The position numbers were made by a program, and so were the translations under genes. 64,000 nt of DNA from Candidatus Latescibacterota bacterium (lineage in GTDB: Bacteria; Latescibacterota; UBA2968; UBA8231): the NCBI GenBank assembly GCA_964291625.2, contig OZ220089.1:1952001-2016000 (forward strand), written 5' to 3'. Positions within the stretch are counted from its first letter, which is position 1. Every line of letters starts with the position of its first letter. Under the pieces are notes generated by a model. That model was not told where the DNA came from. It saw only the letters and a program-made list of their open reading frames with translations, and did no database searches. Below, piece after piece: positions 31,352 through 40,697 of the stretch.

Positions 31352-34300
31352 ATGAATCCCACCCGAATCGCCCTGGACAACAGCCGCGCCACCATCGTGG
31401 CCCTGCTCGTCATCGCGGTCCTGGGCCTGGCCGGGTATCGGACCATGCCCCGCGACAGCATGCCTCCTTTCACGATCCGCGCCGCCTCGGTGGTGACCGG
31501 CTTTCCCGGCGCCGCTCCCGAGCGCATCGAGTCCCTGATCACCGCCAGGATCGAGGAAGTCGCGCAGGAGCTGCCCGAACTGCAGACCGTCACCAGTGAG
31601 TCGCGGACCGGCCTGTCGGTCGTGTCGGTGCAGCTCGACCCGGAAACATCGCCGGGAGAGCTCCAGGCTGTATGGGACCGGTTGCGGCGCAAGATCGACA
31701 CCATTCGCCCGGACCTGCCCGAGGGCATCCATGGCCCCGAGGTAAAGGACGATGGGCTCGGGGTGGTGTACGGCATCGTTATCGGCCTGACAGGGGATGG
31801 CTTCACCTTTGCCGAACTCGAGGGATTCGCCAGGAGACTGCGGGACGACCTCATCAAGCTGCCCGGCGCCTCCAGGGTGAGGATCAGCGGAATCCAGGAG
31901 GAGCGGATCTACCTGCAGTTCAACGACGCCCGAATGGCGGAGCTGGGGCTATCCGCCCGGCAGATCAGGAATGACATCGCCGCCACGAACATCCTCTTCC
32001 CCGGCGGCGAGGTCAGCCTCGAGGACGAGCGCCTGGTGCTCGAGCCGACCGGCAGCTACGCCGATCTGGATGACCTGGCGAGGACGCTGATTCCGGTGGG
32101 CCAGGGAGGCCGGGTGTACCTCGGGGACATCACCCGCATCGTCCGGGAGTACGAGGCACCCCCCCGGCGCCTGGTCAGGATCAACGGTCAGCCGGGGCTG
32201 TCGCTCTCGGTGGCTCTGAGCGAAGGGGCCAACATCATCGCCCTGGGAAGGGAGACGGACCGGCTGGTAGCCTTCCACCAGGAGCGGGCCCCCCTGGGGA
32301 TCACCTTCAACAGGGTGGCCTCCCAGGATTTCGAGGTGGAGAAGTCGGTCGCCGACTTCACCAGCAACCTCCTGCAAAGCGTCGCCGTGGTCCTGGTGAC
32401 CATGCTGCTCTTCCTGGGACTGCGCACGGGCCTGGTGGTGGCCAGCCTCATTCCCATGACCATCGTCGCCACCCTCTTCGTCATGGGTCTGTTCGATATC
32501 GGCCTCAACCAGGTGTCGCTGGCGGCGCTGATCATGGCGCTGGGCATGCTGGTGGACAACGCCATTGTCGTGTCGGAAGCGATCTCGGTGAAGACGGAGA
32601 GGGGCACCGGCGCCAGGGAGGCCGCCATCGAATCGGCTCGCGAGCTCGCGGTGCCACTCCTGGTTTCATCGCTCACCACCTCGGCCGCCTTCCTCTCCTT
32701 TTTCCTGGCCCCGTCCATCATGGGGGAGATGATGGCGCCCCTCTTCAGCGTGATCTCCGTAGCCCTGCTCTCGTCCTGGCTGCTCTCCCTGACCATGATC
32801 ACCCTGCTGGCCGTGTTCTTCCTGCGGGTGAAACAGCAGGCCGCCCGGTCGGAAAGAAGCAGCCTCATCGAGCGCTTGAACGGGCTCTACAATGGGTTGC
32901 TGCTCAAAGCCCTTCGGCGCCCCTGGTCGTTCTGCGCAGCCATCGCCGGTCTGTTCCTGCTGTCGCTTCTGGGTTTCGGTCTCCTGCCGTTCATCTTCTT
33001 TCCCGACAGCCAGCGCAACCTGCTGACGCTGAATCTGAGCCTGCCTTTGGGCACCCGCATCGAGACCACGACCTCACGGGTGCAGACGATCGAATCCTAC
33101 ATCGCGGACAGTCTCCTGGTGAGCGACCAGCGAAGCCGGGGAGTAACCGACTGGGCCGCCTTCATCGGCGAGGGACCCCCATCCTACGACCTGGGGTACC
33201 AGCCGGGAGAGGGCAATCCGGGTTCCGCCCACCTGTTGCTGAACACCACTTCGGGCGAGGACAACCAGTGGATCATCGACCGCCTGGACGGCTTCTGCTT
33301 CCGCTCCTTCCCCGATGCCGAGGCAAGGGTTTCCAGGCTGTCCGGGGGCGGCGGCGGCGGAAGTGACGTGGCGGTGCGAATAACCGGGCCGGATCCCGAC
33401 GGACTGTTCGCGATCGCCGGGCGTATCAAGCAACAACTCAACCGGATGCCCGGCACGAAGAACATCGGGGACGACTGGGGGCCGAAGACCAAGAAGGTCG
33501 TCGTCGACATCGACCAGTCCCGGACCCGGAAGGCCGGTCTGACCAACCAGGATATCGCCCTCTCATTGCAGGCCGCGCTCGCGGGGTTCGACGTGGGTGC
33601 TTTCCGCCCGGGCGATCGGAGCATTCCCATCGTCCTGCGCCACGAGGGCAGCCAGGGAGTCGATGTGCGCCAGCTGGAGAGCCTGAACATCTTCGCCCAG
33701 GGATCGGGGAAGAGCGTACCCCTGGGACAGGTGGCGCAGGTCATTCCGGAGTGGCAGCTGCCCCGGATCAAGCGGCGCGACCTGAACCGCACCATGACGG
33801 TGACCTGCGACGCCGGGAGGGGATTCACCGCGACGGAGGTCACCGACGCCCTCGTCCCCTGGCTCGAGGAGGACAGCAGGTCCTGGAAGCGGGGCTACCG
33901 CTACGAGTTGGGAGGGGAATCAGAGGAGAGCGGCGATGCCATGGGCGCCGTCCTTTCGAAGCTGCCTCTCTCCGCCTGCATCATCCTCGGGTTGCTGATC
34001 CTGCAGTTCAACTCCATCCGCAAGACCTTCATCGTGCTGAGCACCATCCCACTGGGTTTGATCGGGGTGGTCGCCGGGTTGCTGATCTTCCGCTCGTTCT
34101 TCGGTTTCTTCGCCTTTCTCGGATTGATCTCGCTGGCGGGCATCGTCATCAACAACGCCATCGTTCTCCTCGACCGCATACAGATCGAACAGGACCGGGC
34201 CGGGCGTCCCACCGTCGAGGCGATCGTCGCCGCGGCCCGGCAGCGTTTCCGCCCCATCCTGCTGACCACCTGCACCACGACCCTGGGGCTGGTCCCCCTC

Positions 34301-34426
34301 TATCTCGGTGGCGGGCTGATGTGGGAGCCGATGGCGGTCTCCATCATGGTGGGCCTGCTCTTTGCCACGGTGATCACCCTGCTGTTCGTGCCGGTGCTGT
34401 ACAAGATCCTCTTTCGCCTGGACTGA
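31352..34426 (+). CDS. RND efflux permease (AcrB family)
   Basis: 1024 aa; FPGAAPE, GMLVDNAIVV, GIVINNAIVL, RFRPILLT. Confidence 0.97.
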   Translation: MNPTRIALDNSRATIVALLVIAVLGLAGYRTMPRDSMPPFTIRAASVVTGFPGAAPERIESLITARIEEVAQELPELQTVTSESRTGLSVVSVQLDPETSPGELQAVWDRLRRKIDTIRPDLPEGIHGPEVKDDGLGVVYGIVIGLTGDGFTFAELEGFARRLRDDLIKLPGASRVRISGIQEERIYLQFNDARMAELGLSARQIRNDIAATNILFPGGEVSLEDERLVLEPTGSYADLDDLARTLIPVGQGGRVYLGDITRIVREYEAPPRRLVRINGQPGLSLSVALSEGANIIALGRETDRLVAFHQERAPLGITFNRVASQDFEVEKSVADFTSNLLQSVAVVLVTMLLFLGLRTGLVVASLIPMTIVATLFVMGLFDIGLNQVSLAALIMALGMLVDNAIVVSEAISVKTERGTGAREAAIESARELAVPLLVSSLTTSAAFLSFFLAPSIMGEMMAPLFSVISVALLSSWLLSLTMITLLAVFFLRVKQQAARSERSSLIERLNGLYNGLLLKALRRPWSFCAAIAGLFLLSLLGFGLLPFIFFPDSQRNLLTLNLSLPLGTRIETTTSRVQTIESYIADSLLVSDQRSRGVTDWAAFIGEGPPSYDLGYQPGEGNPGSAHLLLNTTSGEDNQWIIDRLDGFCFRSFPDAEARVSRLSGGGGGGSDVAVRITGPDPDGLFAIAGRIKQQLNRMPGTKNIGDDWGPKTKKVVVDIDQSRTRKAGLTNQDIALSLQAALAGFDVGAFRPGDRSIPIVLRHEGSQGVDVRQLESLNIFAQGSGKSVPLGQVAQVIPEWQLPRIKRRDLNRTMTVTCDAGRGFTATEVTDALVPWLEEDSRSWKRGYRYELGGESEESGDAMGAVLSKLPLSACIILGLLILQFNSIRKTFIVLSTIPLGLIGVVAGLLIFRSFFGFFAFLGLISLAGIVINNAIVLLDRIQIEQDRAGRPTVEAIVAAARQRFRPILLTTCTTTLGLVPLYLGGGLMWEPMAVSIMVGLLFATVITLLFVPVLYKILFRLD

Positions 34427-34474
34427 CTGGAGTGGCCAGGCACTCCCCGGATGTGGGGTGTCCGACACTCCCTT

Positions 34475-35584
34475 TCAAGGCTTCACCACCGCCCGGGTCA
34501 CCGCCGTCGTGCGGTCCCGCCCGAACCACTCCGCCGTCTCGAAGGCGGCGTTGATCTCCTCCAGGCCGAAGCTGTGGGACATGAGATCGGCCAGGGGATA
34601 CCGGCCGCGGCTGCGCTCCAGCATCTCAAGCGCCGCCGGCAGCAGCCGCGGGCTGTAGAACGAGACAGGAACGATGTACTTGATGCCGTGGAGCACCCTG
34701 TTGATGTCGATCTCCACCATCGATTCCCGGGAGATGTTGCCGATCTCGATGTAGCGGCCACCGGGCCTGAGCATCTCCAGGCCCTCCGGCACGACCCCCG
34801 GGAAGCCCACCACCTCGACCACGGTGTCGGCCCCCGAGCGGCCGCCGCCGACCCACTCCTTCACCTGGGCGATCCGGTCCTCCGGGTCGGGGATCTCGTT
34901 GATGTCGATGGTGTGGTCGGCGCCGCACCGGCGGGCCAGCTCCAATCGCGGTTGCTGCCCGTCGATGGCGATGATCGGGCCCGCGCCCCGCTCCCGCGCA
35001 TAGGCGATCCCGTACAGGCCGAGACCCCCCGCGCCCTGGAAGACGACGGCGTCCCCGGCCCGTGGGTTGGAGCGCTCGATGCCCTCCATCACCGTGGCCG
35101 CGGCGCAGTTGACGGAGGTCAGGGCGTCGTCCGGCAGATCGGAGTCGACGCGGAAGACGAAGGACCCGGGCCTGACGTACCAGTAGTCGGCGAAGCCGCC
35201 GTGGCAGTAGGGCCATTCCTCCACCGGACGAACGATCTCGAAGTTGTGGAGGCAGTCGGTGAACTCGCCGCGGATGCAGTGGTAGCAGCGGTGGCAGGGA
35301 GTGAAGTAGCTGAAGATCACCCGGTCCCCCTCCTTCAGGGGCCGCTCCAGGTGATCGGTGGAGACCCGCGAGCCCAGAGAGTGGACGCGCCCCACCAGCT
35401 CGTGGCCGTGAACGCACCCGTGCATGCGGATGTCCCCGCGCCACAGGTGCAGGTCGGAACCGCACACGCCGCAACCGGTGACCTTCACCAGGATGCCTTC
35501 GGGCTCGATATCCGGAGCCGGCAGCTCCCGAATCTCGAAGCGGTAGTCGTCGACGAGCACCGCCGCCCGGCCGCGCTCAGCCAC
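34475..35584 (-). CDS. Zinc-binding alcohol dehydrogenase family
   Basis: CGVCGSDLH, GHELVG, C.RC..C structural Zn site, GAGGLG. Confidence 0.93.
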   Translation of the reverse strand: MAERGRAAVLVDDYRFEIRELPAPDIEPEGILVKVTGCGVCGSDLHLWRGDIRMHGCVHGHELVGRVHSLGSRVSTDHLERPLKEGDRVIFSYFTPCHRCYHCIRGEFTDCLHNFEIVRPVEEWPYCHGGFADYWYVRPGSFVFRVDSDLPDDALTSVNCAAATVMEGIERSNPRAGDAVVFQGAGGLGLYGIAYARERGAGPIIAIDGQQPRLELARRCGADHTIDINEIPDPEDRIAQVKEWVGGGRSGADTVVEVVGFPGVVPEGLEMLRPGGRYIEIGNISRESMVEIDINRVLHGIKYIVPVSFYSPRLLPAALEMLERSRGRYPLADLMSHSFGLEEINAAFETAEWFGRDRTTAVTRAVVKP

Positions 35585-36260
35585 TGGCCGCCGCCATGAC
35601 CCACGCCTTGACCCAGCCCCAGGAATTGCCCTCGGCAGCCGCCCTGCCAATCGCTTCCCCGCAATCCCTCGACAAGGGATCGCACACCCAGCGCCGGATG
35701 CGCCACATGCCGTCCTCGTCCTGGCGCAGCTTGAAGGTCATCAACTGGTCGACGTAGAACCCTTCGTCCGGCTTTGTCAGCAGCAGCAACTCCACCCGCC
35801 CCCGAAAGACGAGCCAGTCCTCCTCCGGGTGGCCGTCCGGATCCCCCTCGAAGGCCATGGGCGAGTCGGCCCCCGACTCCTCGTACCTCCTCGAGGTCCA
35901 GAAATCGAACTCGATCGTGCGAAAGACGTCGAAGATCCCCCGCGTCGAGTCGCCCCCGCCCATGAGCTCCAGCTCCTCCTCTTTGTCGCTCCAATACATG
36001 AGCTGGCCCAGACAGTTCTCCTCGGTGAACCAGAAGCCGTCGTCCAGCAGGCTCGCGAGGAGGTCCGGGTCGCGCTCCTCGAAGGCGCGATCGAGGCTCT
36101 CCATGGCGTCCTCGGGGGTGCATGCCGGACACTCCTCGCCGTCCAAGCCGGGCAGGGGGGGCGGGCCGGCCCCGCGGTCGGCGCACTGGGCGGACATCAG
36201 GGCCGCGGCCAGGACCGCCGGCAGTGCGCGCTTGAATCCCGCGCCGGGAGGGGCGGTCAC
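35577..36260 (-). CDS. Hypothetical exported (lipo)protein, NTF2/SnoaL-like, with C-terminal SWGWVK tag
   Basis: Signal-like RALPAVLAAALMSAQC; AFEERD..LLASLL...WRIRRW pattern. The GTG start overlaps the tal stop. Confidence 0.65.
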   Translation of the reverse strand: MTAPPGAGFKRALPAVLAAALMSAQCADRGAGPPPLPGLDGEECPACTPEDAMESLDRAFEERDPDLLASLLDDGFWFTEENCLGQLMYWSDKEEELELMGGGDSTRGIFDVFRTIEFDFWTSRRYEESGADSPMAFEGDPDGHPEEDWLVFRGRVELLLLTKPDEGFYVDQLMTFKLRQDEDGMWRIRRWVCDPLSRDCGEAIGRAAAEGNSWGWVKAWVMAAASG

Positions 36261-37393
36261 GCGCGGCGCGGCACAGCCTCGCACTGGCTCTCTATGGCGG
36301 CCAGCAGCTTGTCGAAGGGCTCCACGAAGAGACGCACGCCGTCGTCCAGCAGCTGGTCCGTGGCCTCCTGCATCGAGATGCCGAGCCCCTCGAGGGCGGC
36401 CATCACGTCGCCGGCCTCGTCCGCGCCCTTCTCCAGGGTGGCCTCGACGACCCCGTGATCGCGGAAGGCGTCGAAGGTCGCCTCCGGCAGGGTGTTCACC
36501 GTGTCGGGGCCGATCAGCTCCTCCACGTAGAGCACGTCGCGGTAGGCCGGGTTCTTGACGCTCGTGCTGGCCCACAGCAACCGCTGGGGGTTGGCGCCGG
36601 CGGCGGCGAGGCGGGACCAGCGCTCCCCGGCGACGAGGCCGCGGTAGTGTTGATAGGCGAGCCTCGCGTTGGCGATGGCGGCGCGGCCCTTCAGGGCGCC
36701 GAGGGCGACGCGGCGCACGGCGTCGCCCTCGGCGGCCAGGCGCTCGTCGATCCGCGCGTCGATCAGGGTGTCGATGCGGCTCACGAAGAAGCTGGCGACG
36801 CTGGAGACGGCGGCCACGTCACCGCCCTTCTCGAGCAGGCTCTCCAGGCCCTTGAGCCAGGCCTCGGCGGCGGCGGCGTACCGGTCCCGCGCGAAGAGCA
36901 GGGTGACGTTGACATTGACCCCCTCCCCGATCAGCCGCTCGATGGCGGGCACGCCCGCCGGTGTCCCGGGCACCTTGATCATCAGGTTGCGGCGCCCCAC
37001 ATCGCCGGCCAGCCGCAGAGCTTCGTCGACGGTCTTCCGCGTGTCGTGGGCCAGGTGCGGCGACACCTCGAGAGAGACGAATCCATCACGCCCCTGCGAC
37101 TCCTCGTGCACCGGCAGCAGCGCGTCGGCCGCCCACTGGATGTCCTCCACGGCGATGGCCTCGTAGATCTGCAGGGGCGATAGACCGGCGTCGGCGTGGC
37201 GGCGCAGCACCCCCCGGTAGTCGTCCGACCCGGCGATGGCCTTCTCGAAGATGGCGGGGTTGGAGGTCATCCCCCGCAGGCCGTCCTCGGCGATCAGCCG
37301 CCCCAGCTCGCCGCTGGTGAGGAGACCCCGGCGGATGCTGTCGTACCAGACGCTCTGGCCCTGCCGGCCAAGATCGGAAATCGGATTGGACAT
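36257..37393 (-). CDS. tal: Transaldolase
   Basis: GQSVWYDSI, GMTSNPAIF, VSLEVSP, MIKVPGT, NVNVTLLF, SFFVSRID, LLWAST, TVNT. Confidence 0.96.
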   Translation of the reverse strand: MSNPISDLGRQGQSVWYDSIRRGLLTSGELGRLIAEDGLRGMTSNPAIFEKAIAGSDDYRGVLRRHADAGLSPLQIYEAIAVEDIQWAADALLPVHEESQGRDGFVSLEVSPHLAHDTRKTVDEALRLAGDVGRRNLMIKVPGTPAGVPAIERLIGEGVNVNVTLLFARDRYAAAAEAWLKGLESLLEKGGDVAAVSSVASFFVSRIDTLIDARIDERLAAEGDAVRRVALGALKGRAAIANARLAYQHYRGLVAGERWSRLAAAGANPQRLLWASTSVKNPAYRDVLYVEELIGPDTVNTLPEATFDAFRDHGVVEATLEKGADEAGDVMAALEGLGISMQEATDQLLDDGVRLFVEPFDKLLAAIESQCEAVPRRA

Positions 37394-37503
37394 GACCTGA
37401 CACTCCCATCGAAAGGCAGAGGTTGGAGGGCGGCGGGTAATATACCCCGCCGAGGGCCGCTCGCCTTGCCCCTTCCAGGTGGCCCGGGTAGTTTCTTGCG
37501 CCG

Positions 37504-38664
37504 ATGGCCACCATCGTCGACGGCAAGAAGCGCATCCCCTTCATGCGGGGGATGCTCGTCCACCATCTCCTCCAGCGCGGTTTCGATCACGACGAGGCCT
37601 ACGGCATCGCCGACGAGGTGCGCACCGAGGTGCGCCGGCGCAAGGAGGTGGAACGGGGACAGATCCTCGATCTGATCGCCGACCTCCTCAGGCGCGACCA
37701 TCCCGACCGCCCCCTCGGCAACCTCCTGTTCTGGGAACCGTCGCCGACGACGATCACCGTCGACCGCGACGCCGGCCCCCGTCCCTTCTCGCGCGAGCTG
37801 CTGTCCCACTCGATCCAGGCCGCCGGCCTCTCTCCCGACCGCTCCTACGAGCTCGCCCGCACCGTGGAGGAACACCTCCTCGACAAGCGGACGGGCCGCA
37901 TCGGCCACGACCAACTGGAGAGCCTCGTTCAGGAGGTCATCCTCGAGAGATGCGGCGAGAGCTCCGCCGAGCTCTACCGGACCTGGCGAGCCTGGAGGGA
38001 CCTGGACAAGCCCCTCGTGATTCTCATCGGGGGCGCCACCGGCGTCGGCAAGACGACTCTGGCCGTGAGTCTCGCCAACGTCCTCGACATCCCCCGCGTC
38101 GTGGCCACTGACGACATCCGGCAGATCCTGCGTCTGACCCTGGCCAGGGACTTCATGCCCTCCATCCACGATTCCTCCTACGACGCCGAGGCTGCCGACA
38201 TCCAGGACGGCCTCGACCCGGTGGTAACCGCCTTCCACGAGCAGTCCCGGGTCGTCGGCGTCGGCGTGCGCGCCATCATGTCTCGTTGCATCGAGGAGAA
38301 TGCGAGCGTCATCATCGACGGCGTGCACTTGCTCCCCGGGATCTCGCGGTGGAGAGCCTTCGAGGAGAACGCCATCATCGTGCCCATCTGTCTGGCCCTG
38401 ACCGACCGCGAGGCCTACGAGACTCGCTTCGCCAAGCGGGAGGTGCAGGCCCCGGCCCGGACGCCGCGCAAGTCCCTCTCCAACCTCGATCGCATCCTCC
38501 GGATCCAGGAACACATCCTCAGGGGCTGCGAGGACGAGGACATCCCCGTCATCGAGATGACCGCCGTCGAGGAACCGACGCAGGCCGCCGTGCTCGCCGT
38601 GGTCGAGCGGCTTCGCGCCAACGGCAAGGCCGAGGGCAGGAAAGCCAAAAAAAAGAGGAAATGA
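37504..38664 (+). CDS. ATP-cone + 2-phosphoglycerate kinase-like P-loop protein
   Basis: Two ATP-cone-like units (PFMRGML, PFSRELL); IGGATGVGKT, TDDIRQILR, H.SSY.A, IDGVHLLP. Confidence 0.8.
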   Translation: MATIVDGKKRIPFMRGMLVHHLLQRGFDHDEAYGIADEVRTEVRRRKEVERGQILDLIADLLRRDHPDRPLGNLLFWEPSPTTITVDRDAGPRPFSRELLSHSIQAAGLSPDRSYELARTVEEHLLDKRTGRIGHDQLESLVQEVILERCGESSAELYRTWRAWRDLDKPLVILIGGATGVGKTTLAVSLANVLDIPRVVATDDIRQILRLTLARDFMPSIHDSSYDAEAADIQDGLDPVVTAFHEQSRVVGVGVRAIMSRCIEENASVIIDGVHLLPGISRWRAFEENAIIVPICLALTDREAYETRFAKREVQAPARTPRKSLSNLDRILRIQEHILRGCEDEDIPVIEMTAVEEPTQAAVLAVVERLRANGKAEGRKAKKKRK

Positions 38665-38792
38665 CCGGATTCTTCGCGGCCCTTTTCCCTCCCGCGGCCC
38701 GATCCTATATTGGCCGGTTGATGAACAAAGTGCTCGACAGTTTGGGCGGTTTGCCCGGTTTCACCGGCACCAGCCGGAGGACAGGCAAAGAA

Positions 38793-39245
38793 ATGCTGGG
38801 CAAGAAGGAAGAGAGCGGCGGCGGCGAGACTCTGAACACGATCGTCGGCCGCGGCACCCTCTTCGAGGGAGTCATGAAGGTGGACAACAGCGTTCGCATC
38901 GACGGCACCTTCAAGGGGGAGCTGTCGTGCTCGGGAACGCTCACCATCGGCCAGTCGGGCGAGGCCCATGCCCAGCTCGACGGCCGCGATGTCTACATCA
39001 ACGGGGTCGTGCACGGCAACGTGCGGGGGGACAAGGTCCGCCTCGACAGCCAGGCACGGGTCGTGGGAGACATCAACTCCAACGCCCTGTCCATCTCCGA
39101 GGGCGCCGTGTTCCAGGGCAACTGCTCCATGGACGTCGACGAGAGTGAAGGTGTGGACGCCATGGGGGCGGAGGCGCCCGAGCCCCTCGAGGGCGGGGAT
39201 GAGTCGGTGATCCCCATGGACAGCCGACGCGCCTCCGGCGGCTGA
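38793..39245 (+). CDS. Bactofilin (polymer-forming cytoskeletal protein)
   Basis: TIVGRGTLFEG, VRIDG, V.INGVVHGNV, LSISEGAVFQGNCSM. Confidence 0.92.
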   Translation: MLGKKEESGGGETLNTIVGRGTLFEGVMKVDNSVRIDGTFKGELSCSGTLTIGQSGEAHAQLDGRDVYINGVVHGNVRGDKVRLDSQARVVGDINSNALSISEGAVFQGNCSMDVDESEGVDAMGAEAPEPLEGGDESVIPMDSRRASGG

Positions 39246-39397
39246 AGCACCAACCCCGGGGAAGCCGCCGCTCTCACGCGGTGGATGCCTCCGTACCGCC
39301 GCTCCCCTGGCGGCCCGGACCCGTCCTCCCCGTCCGCAGGAACATCCCAACGGCAAGATGGTCTCTCTTGTCAGGGACCTCTCGACCGCCGCCCATG
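39215..39397 (-). ncRNA. Candidate 6S RNA
   Basis: 183-nt segment that can be drawn as a rod with a central bubble and contains GGCATCCACCGCGTGAGAGCGG. Judged by eye only; see findings. Confidence 0.3.
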
Positions 39398-39426
39398 CAG
39401 ATGCCCCGCCCAACCCCACTCGAACC

Positions 39427-39930
39427 GTGCTTCCCTCTACGGTGACCGCGGATCTGGCCCGCGAGGGTGAGCGCCGCACCCGCTGCGCCTCCGAGACCCG
39501 GCGCTTCGGCCGCCAGCTGGCCGCGGCCCTGATGCCGGGAGACCTGGTGGCCCTCGAAGGCGACCTCGGCACCGGCAAGACCTGCCTCGTGCAGGGAATC
39601 TGCGCCGGTCTGGGTGTCGACGAGGTGGTCAACAGCCCTACTTTCGTATTGCTGAACGTCTACGAGGGCGCGGGGGAGGCGAGCGGATGCCGGGTCTACC
39701 ACTTCGACCTCTACCGCCTCGGGACGGTGGACGAACTGGCGGCGATCGGCGCCGACCAGTTCTTCCACGAGGCCGACGCCGTCACCCTCGTGGAGTGGGC
39801 GGACCGCCTGCCCGAGCTGCTCCCCGAGAAGCGGTGGCGGATCGAGCTCCGGTACGGAGAGCAGGAGCAGGAGCGGCGCATTCGATGGCGGCGGCCCGAC
39901 ACCGGCGCCGCTCCCGGGAGGGACGCTTGA
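39427..39930 (+). CDS. tsaE: tRNA threonylcarbamoyladenosine biosynthesis ATPase
   Basis: LEGDLGTGKT, VNSPTF, YHFDLYRL, VEWA. Start uncertain (39358, 39427 or 39442). Confidence 0.95.
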   Translation: MLPSTVTADLAREGERRTRCASETRRFGRQLAAALMPGDLVALEGDLGTGKTCLVQGICAGLGVDEVVNSPTFVLLNVYEGAGEASGCRVYHFDLYRLGTVDELAAIGADQFFHEADAVTLVEWADRLPELLPEKRWRIELRYGEQEQERRIRWRRPDTGAAPGRDA

Positions 39931-40697
39931 CCTCGTACCGCTCATGGCTTCCGGCGCTGGCGATGCTGGCCGCGGTCCGGGCGGGTCCCGCGGGCGCCCA
40001 GTACGGGCCCCCGGAGCTGGTGCGCCTTGTCGACAGTCCCACCGCCGGCCTCGTCGACAAGGGGCAATACGCCATCGAACTGAGGCTGTTCGCGGGAGGG
40101 GGCCTGATGGGCCAGGTCGACGCCGGACTCCTCCAGCGCCTGGCCATCGGCCTGGCCTTCGGGGGCGAGGGGGTCATCGGCGACGAGAGCGTCGACTGGC
40201 ATCCCGGGGTCGAAGCGGCGGCTCGCTGCCGCCTCGTCGAGGAGAGCACGGGCATGCCCGCCCTGACGGCAGGATACGACACCCAGGGATACGGTGCGCA
40301 CACCCACGGGAGGTACCAGGTCCGCGGCAAGGGGATCTACCTGGCCGCCAGCAAGAACTACGGGACCACCCTCGGCCAGCTCGGCTTCCACGGCGGCCTG
40401 AACTGGTCTCTCGAGGAGGAGGGGGGCGGCCTCTCCGGGTGGCTCGGCGCCGACAAGCGGTTCAGCGACAGACTCATCTTCACCGCCGAGTACGACCTCG
40501 CCCGCGCCGGCGGCGACGACTCCTGGGCCGTGAATCGGGGATACGCCAACGGGGGCGCCCACTGGTCGCCCACCCCGAGCCTGAGGCTCGGCTTCCTGCT
40601 CAAGAACTTCCTCCAGAACGGGGACCGCACGGCGCCCGGCGGACCCTCCGCCGACCTGAGCCGCGAGATCTCCGTTCGCTACAGCGAGAGTTTCTGA
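39927..40697 (+). CDS. Outer-membrane beta-barrel protein (YjbH-like)
   Basis: Signal peptide, LVDSPTAG N-terminal motif, amphipathic strands, C-terminal Phe. Confidence 0.65.
   Translation: MTSYRSWLPALAMLAAVRAGPAGAQYGPPELVRLVDSPTAGLVDKGQYAIELRLFAGGGLMGQVDAGLLQRLAIGLAFGGEGVIGDESVDWHPGVEAAARCRLVEESTGMPALTAGYDTQGYGAHTHGRYQVRGKGIYLAASKNYGTTLGQLGFHGGLNWSLEEEGGGLSGWLGADKRFSDRLIFTAEYDLARAGGDDSWAVNRGYANGGAHWSPTPSLRLGFLLKNFLQNGDRTAPGGPSADLSREISVRYSESF

Noticed and set aside
38647-38654. A8 homopolymer
   Set aside because: Encodes the Lys-rich last residues of the gene; slippage would have little effect.
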